Shown here: positions 63,681 through 64,000 of the stretch, piece after piece
Numbering within the stretch: the first letter of the stretch is position 1
Layout of the letters: each line of letters starts with the position of its first letter
DNA from: an uncultured delta proteobacterium
GTDB lineage: Bacteria > Desulfobacterota > Binatia > UBA9968
DNA length: 64,000 nucleotides
Assembly (NCBI GenBank): GCA_963728565.1
Contig: CAVSLC010000002.1
Coordinates: 32,001-96,000 of the forward strand
Direction of reading: 5' to 3'
Program-made: the position numbers and the translations under genes
Notes under the pieces: model-generated
The model's input: the letters and a program-made list of their open reading frames with translations, nothing else
What the model was told of the DNA's origin: nothing
The model's database searches: none

Positions 63681-64000
63681 ATGGAAGTGAAAAGAGTTTT
63701 CTTCGCTGGTCATCTCCGGCCATTCAAGCACGTTGGGCGACATCCTCAATTTGAGCATATTCACAATCCGCCGCCCGGTTATGAATTTGTTACCAGCGGC
63801 CAGACCAGCTCTGCAAAATACCGCACTATTAAATCGCTATCAGGTCTTTGCCGTGACGCTCTTGCAAACGGATCGACAGTTAAGGATTTATCGAGATTCA
63901 TTCGGTCCCGTTCGCTCCGAGCGCAGCTCTCTTTCCCCAATTCCGCTTTGGCATTCCTTCCGAGTACGCCTTTTATTCTTGGGCAAGCACCGTGGGTGAT
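63681..64000 (+). CDS. start of a further gene, possibly a glycosyltransferase; truncated by window end
   Basis: ATG 63681 open to the end: MEVKRVFFAGH..HNPPPGYEFV..FLPSTPFILGQAPWV; not in the ORF track. Confidence 0.55.
   Translation, partial: MEVKRVFFAGHLRPFKHVGRHPQFEHIHNPPPGYEFVTSGQTSSAKYRTIKSLSGLCRDALANGSTVKDLSRFIRSRSLRAQLSFPNSALAFLPSTPFILGQAPWV

Noticed and set aside
63733-63999. Tracked 88 aa ORF at the window end
   Set aside because: The frame starting at ATG 63681 and running off the end is the more plausible gene

Overview
Bacterial chromosomal window. Gene style and content (deltaproteobacterial-type LptD, argS-SPOR-trpDCFBA-folC-lptD order) suggest a Deltaproteobacteria/Binatota-like organism, but this is inference. 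(1) 0.5-36.3 kb is an accessory, partly decaying region: a group-1 Mrp Na+/H+ antiporter operon in the order A-B-C-D-[eroded E]-F-G-E, a Na+/Ca2+ antiporter, nfeD-floA, two paralogous stand-alone receiver proteins, a partial acyl-CoA catabolic cluster, and a stress block (ftsH, trxC, PQQ sugar dehydrogenase, cls, DsbA-NhaA fusion, USP). It is littered with gene remnants that keep both ends but lack the middle (qNor, mrpE, LigD, CDF, FMN reductase, hybrid kinase). (2) 36.5-47.4 kb is housekeeping (argS, SPOR protein, trpD-C-F-B-A, folC, lptD). (3) 47.6-64 kb is the start of an unusual surface-glycan locus and the best candidate for an undescribed pathway. It combines GDP-heptose-type enzymes (HddC, GmhB, HddA), an Fcl/ColC-like reductase, orphan TPP E1 alpha/beta subunits, a His-type (ColD-like) PLP dehydratase, a B12 radical SAM enzyme, a Nudix hydrolase, a Dpm1-like GT2, a GDP-sugar 4,6-dehydratase and two large GT-C-like membrane proteins. 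It may make a deoxy, C-branched, C-methylated sugar delivered via a lipid carrier. Several isolated frameshifts in otherwise intact genes look like sequencing errors. No rRNA, tRNA, CRISPR array or transposase was recognised.
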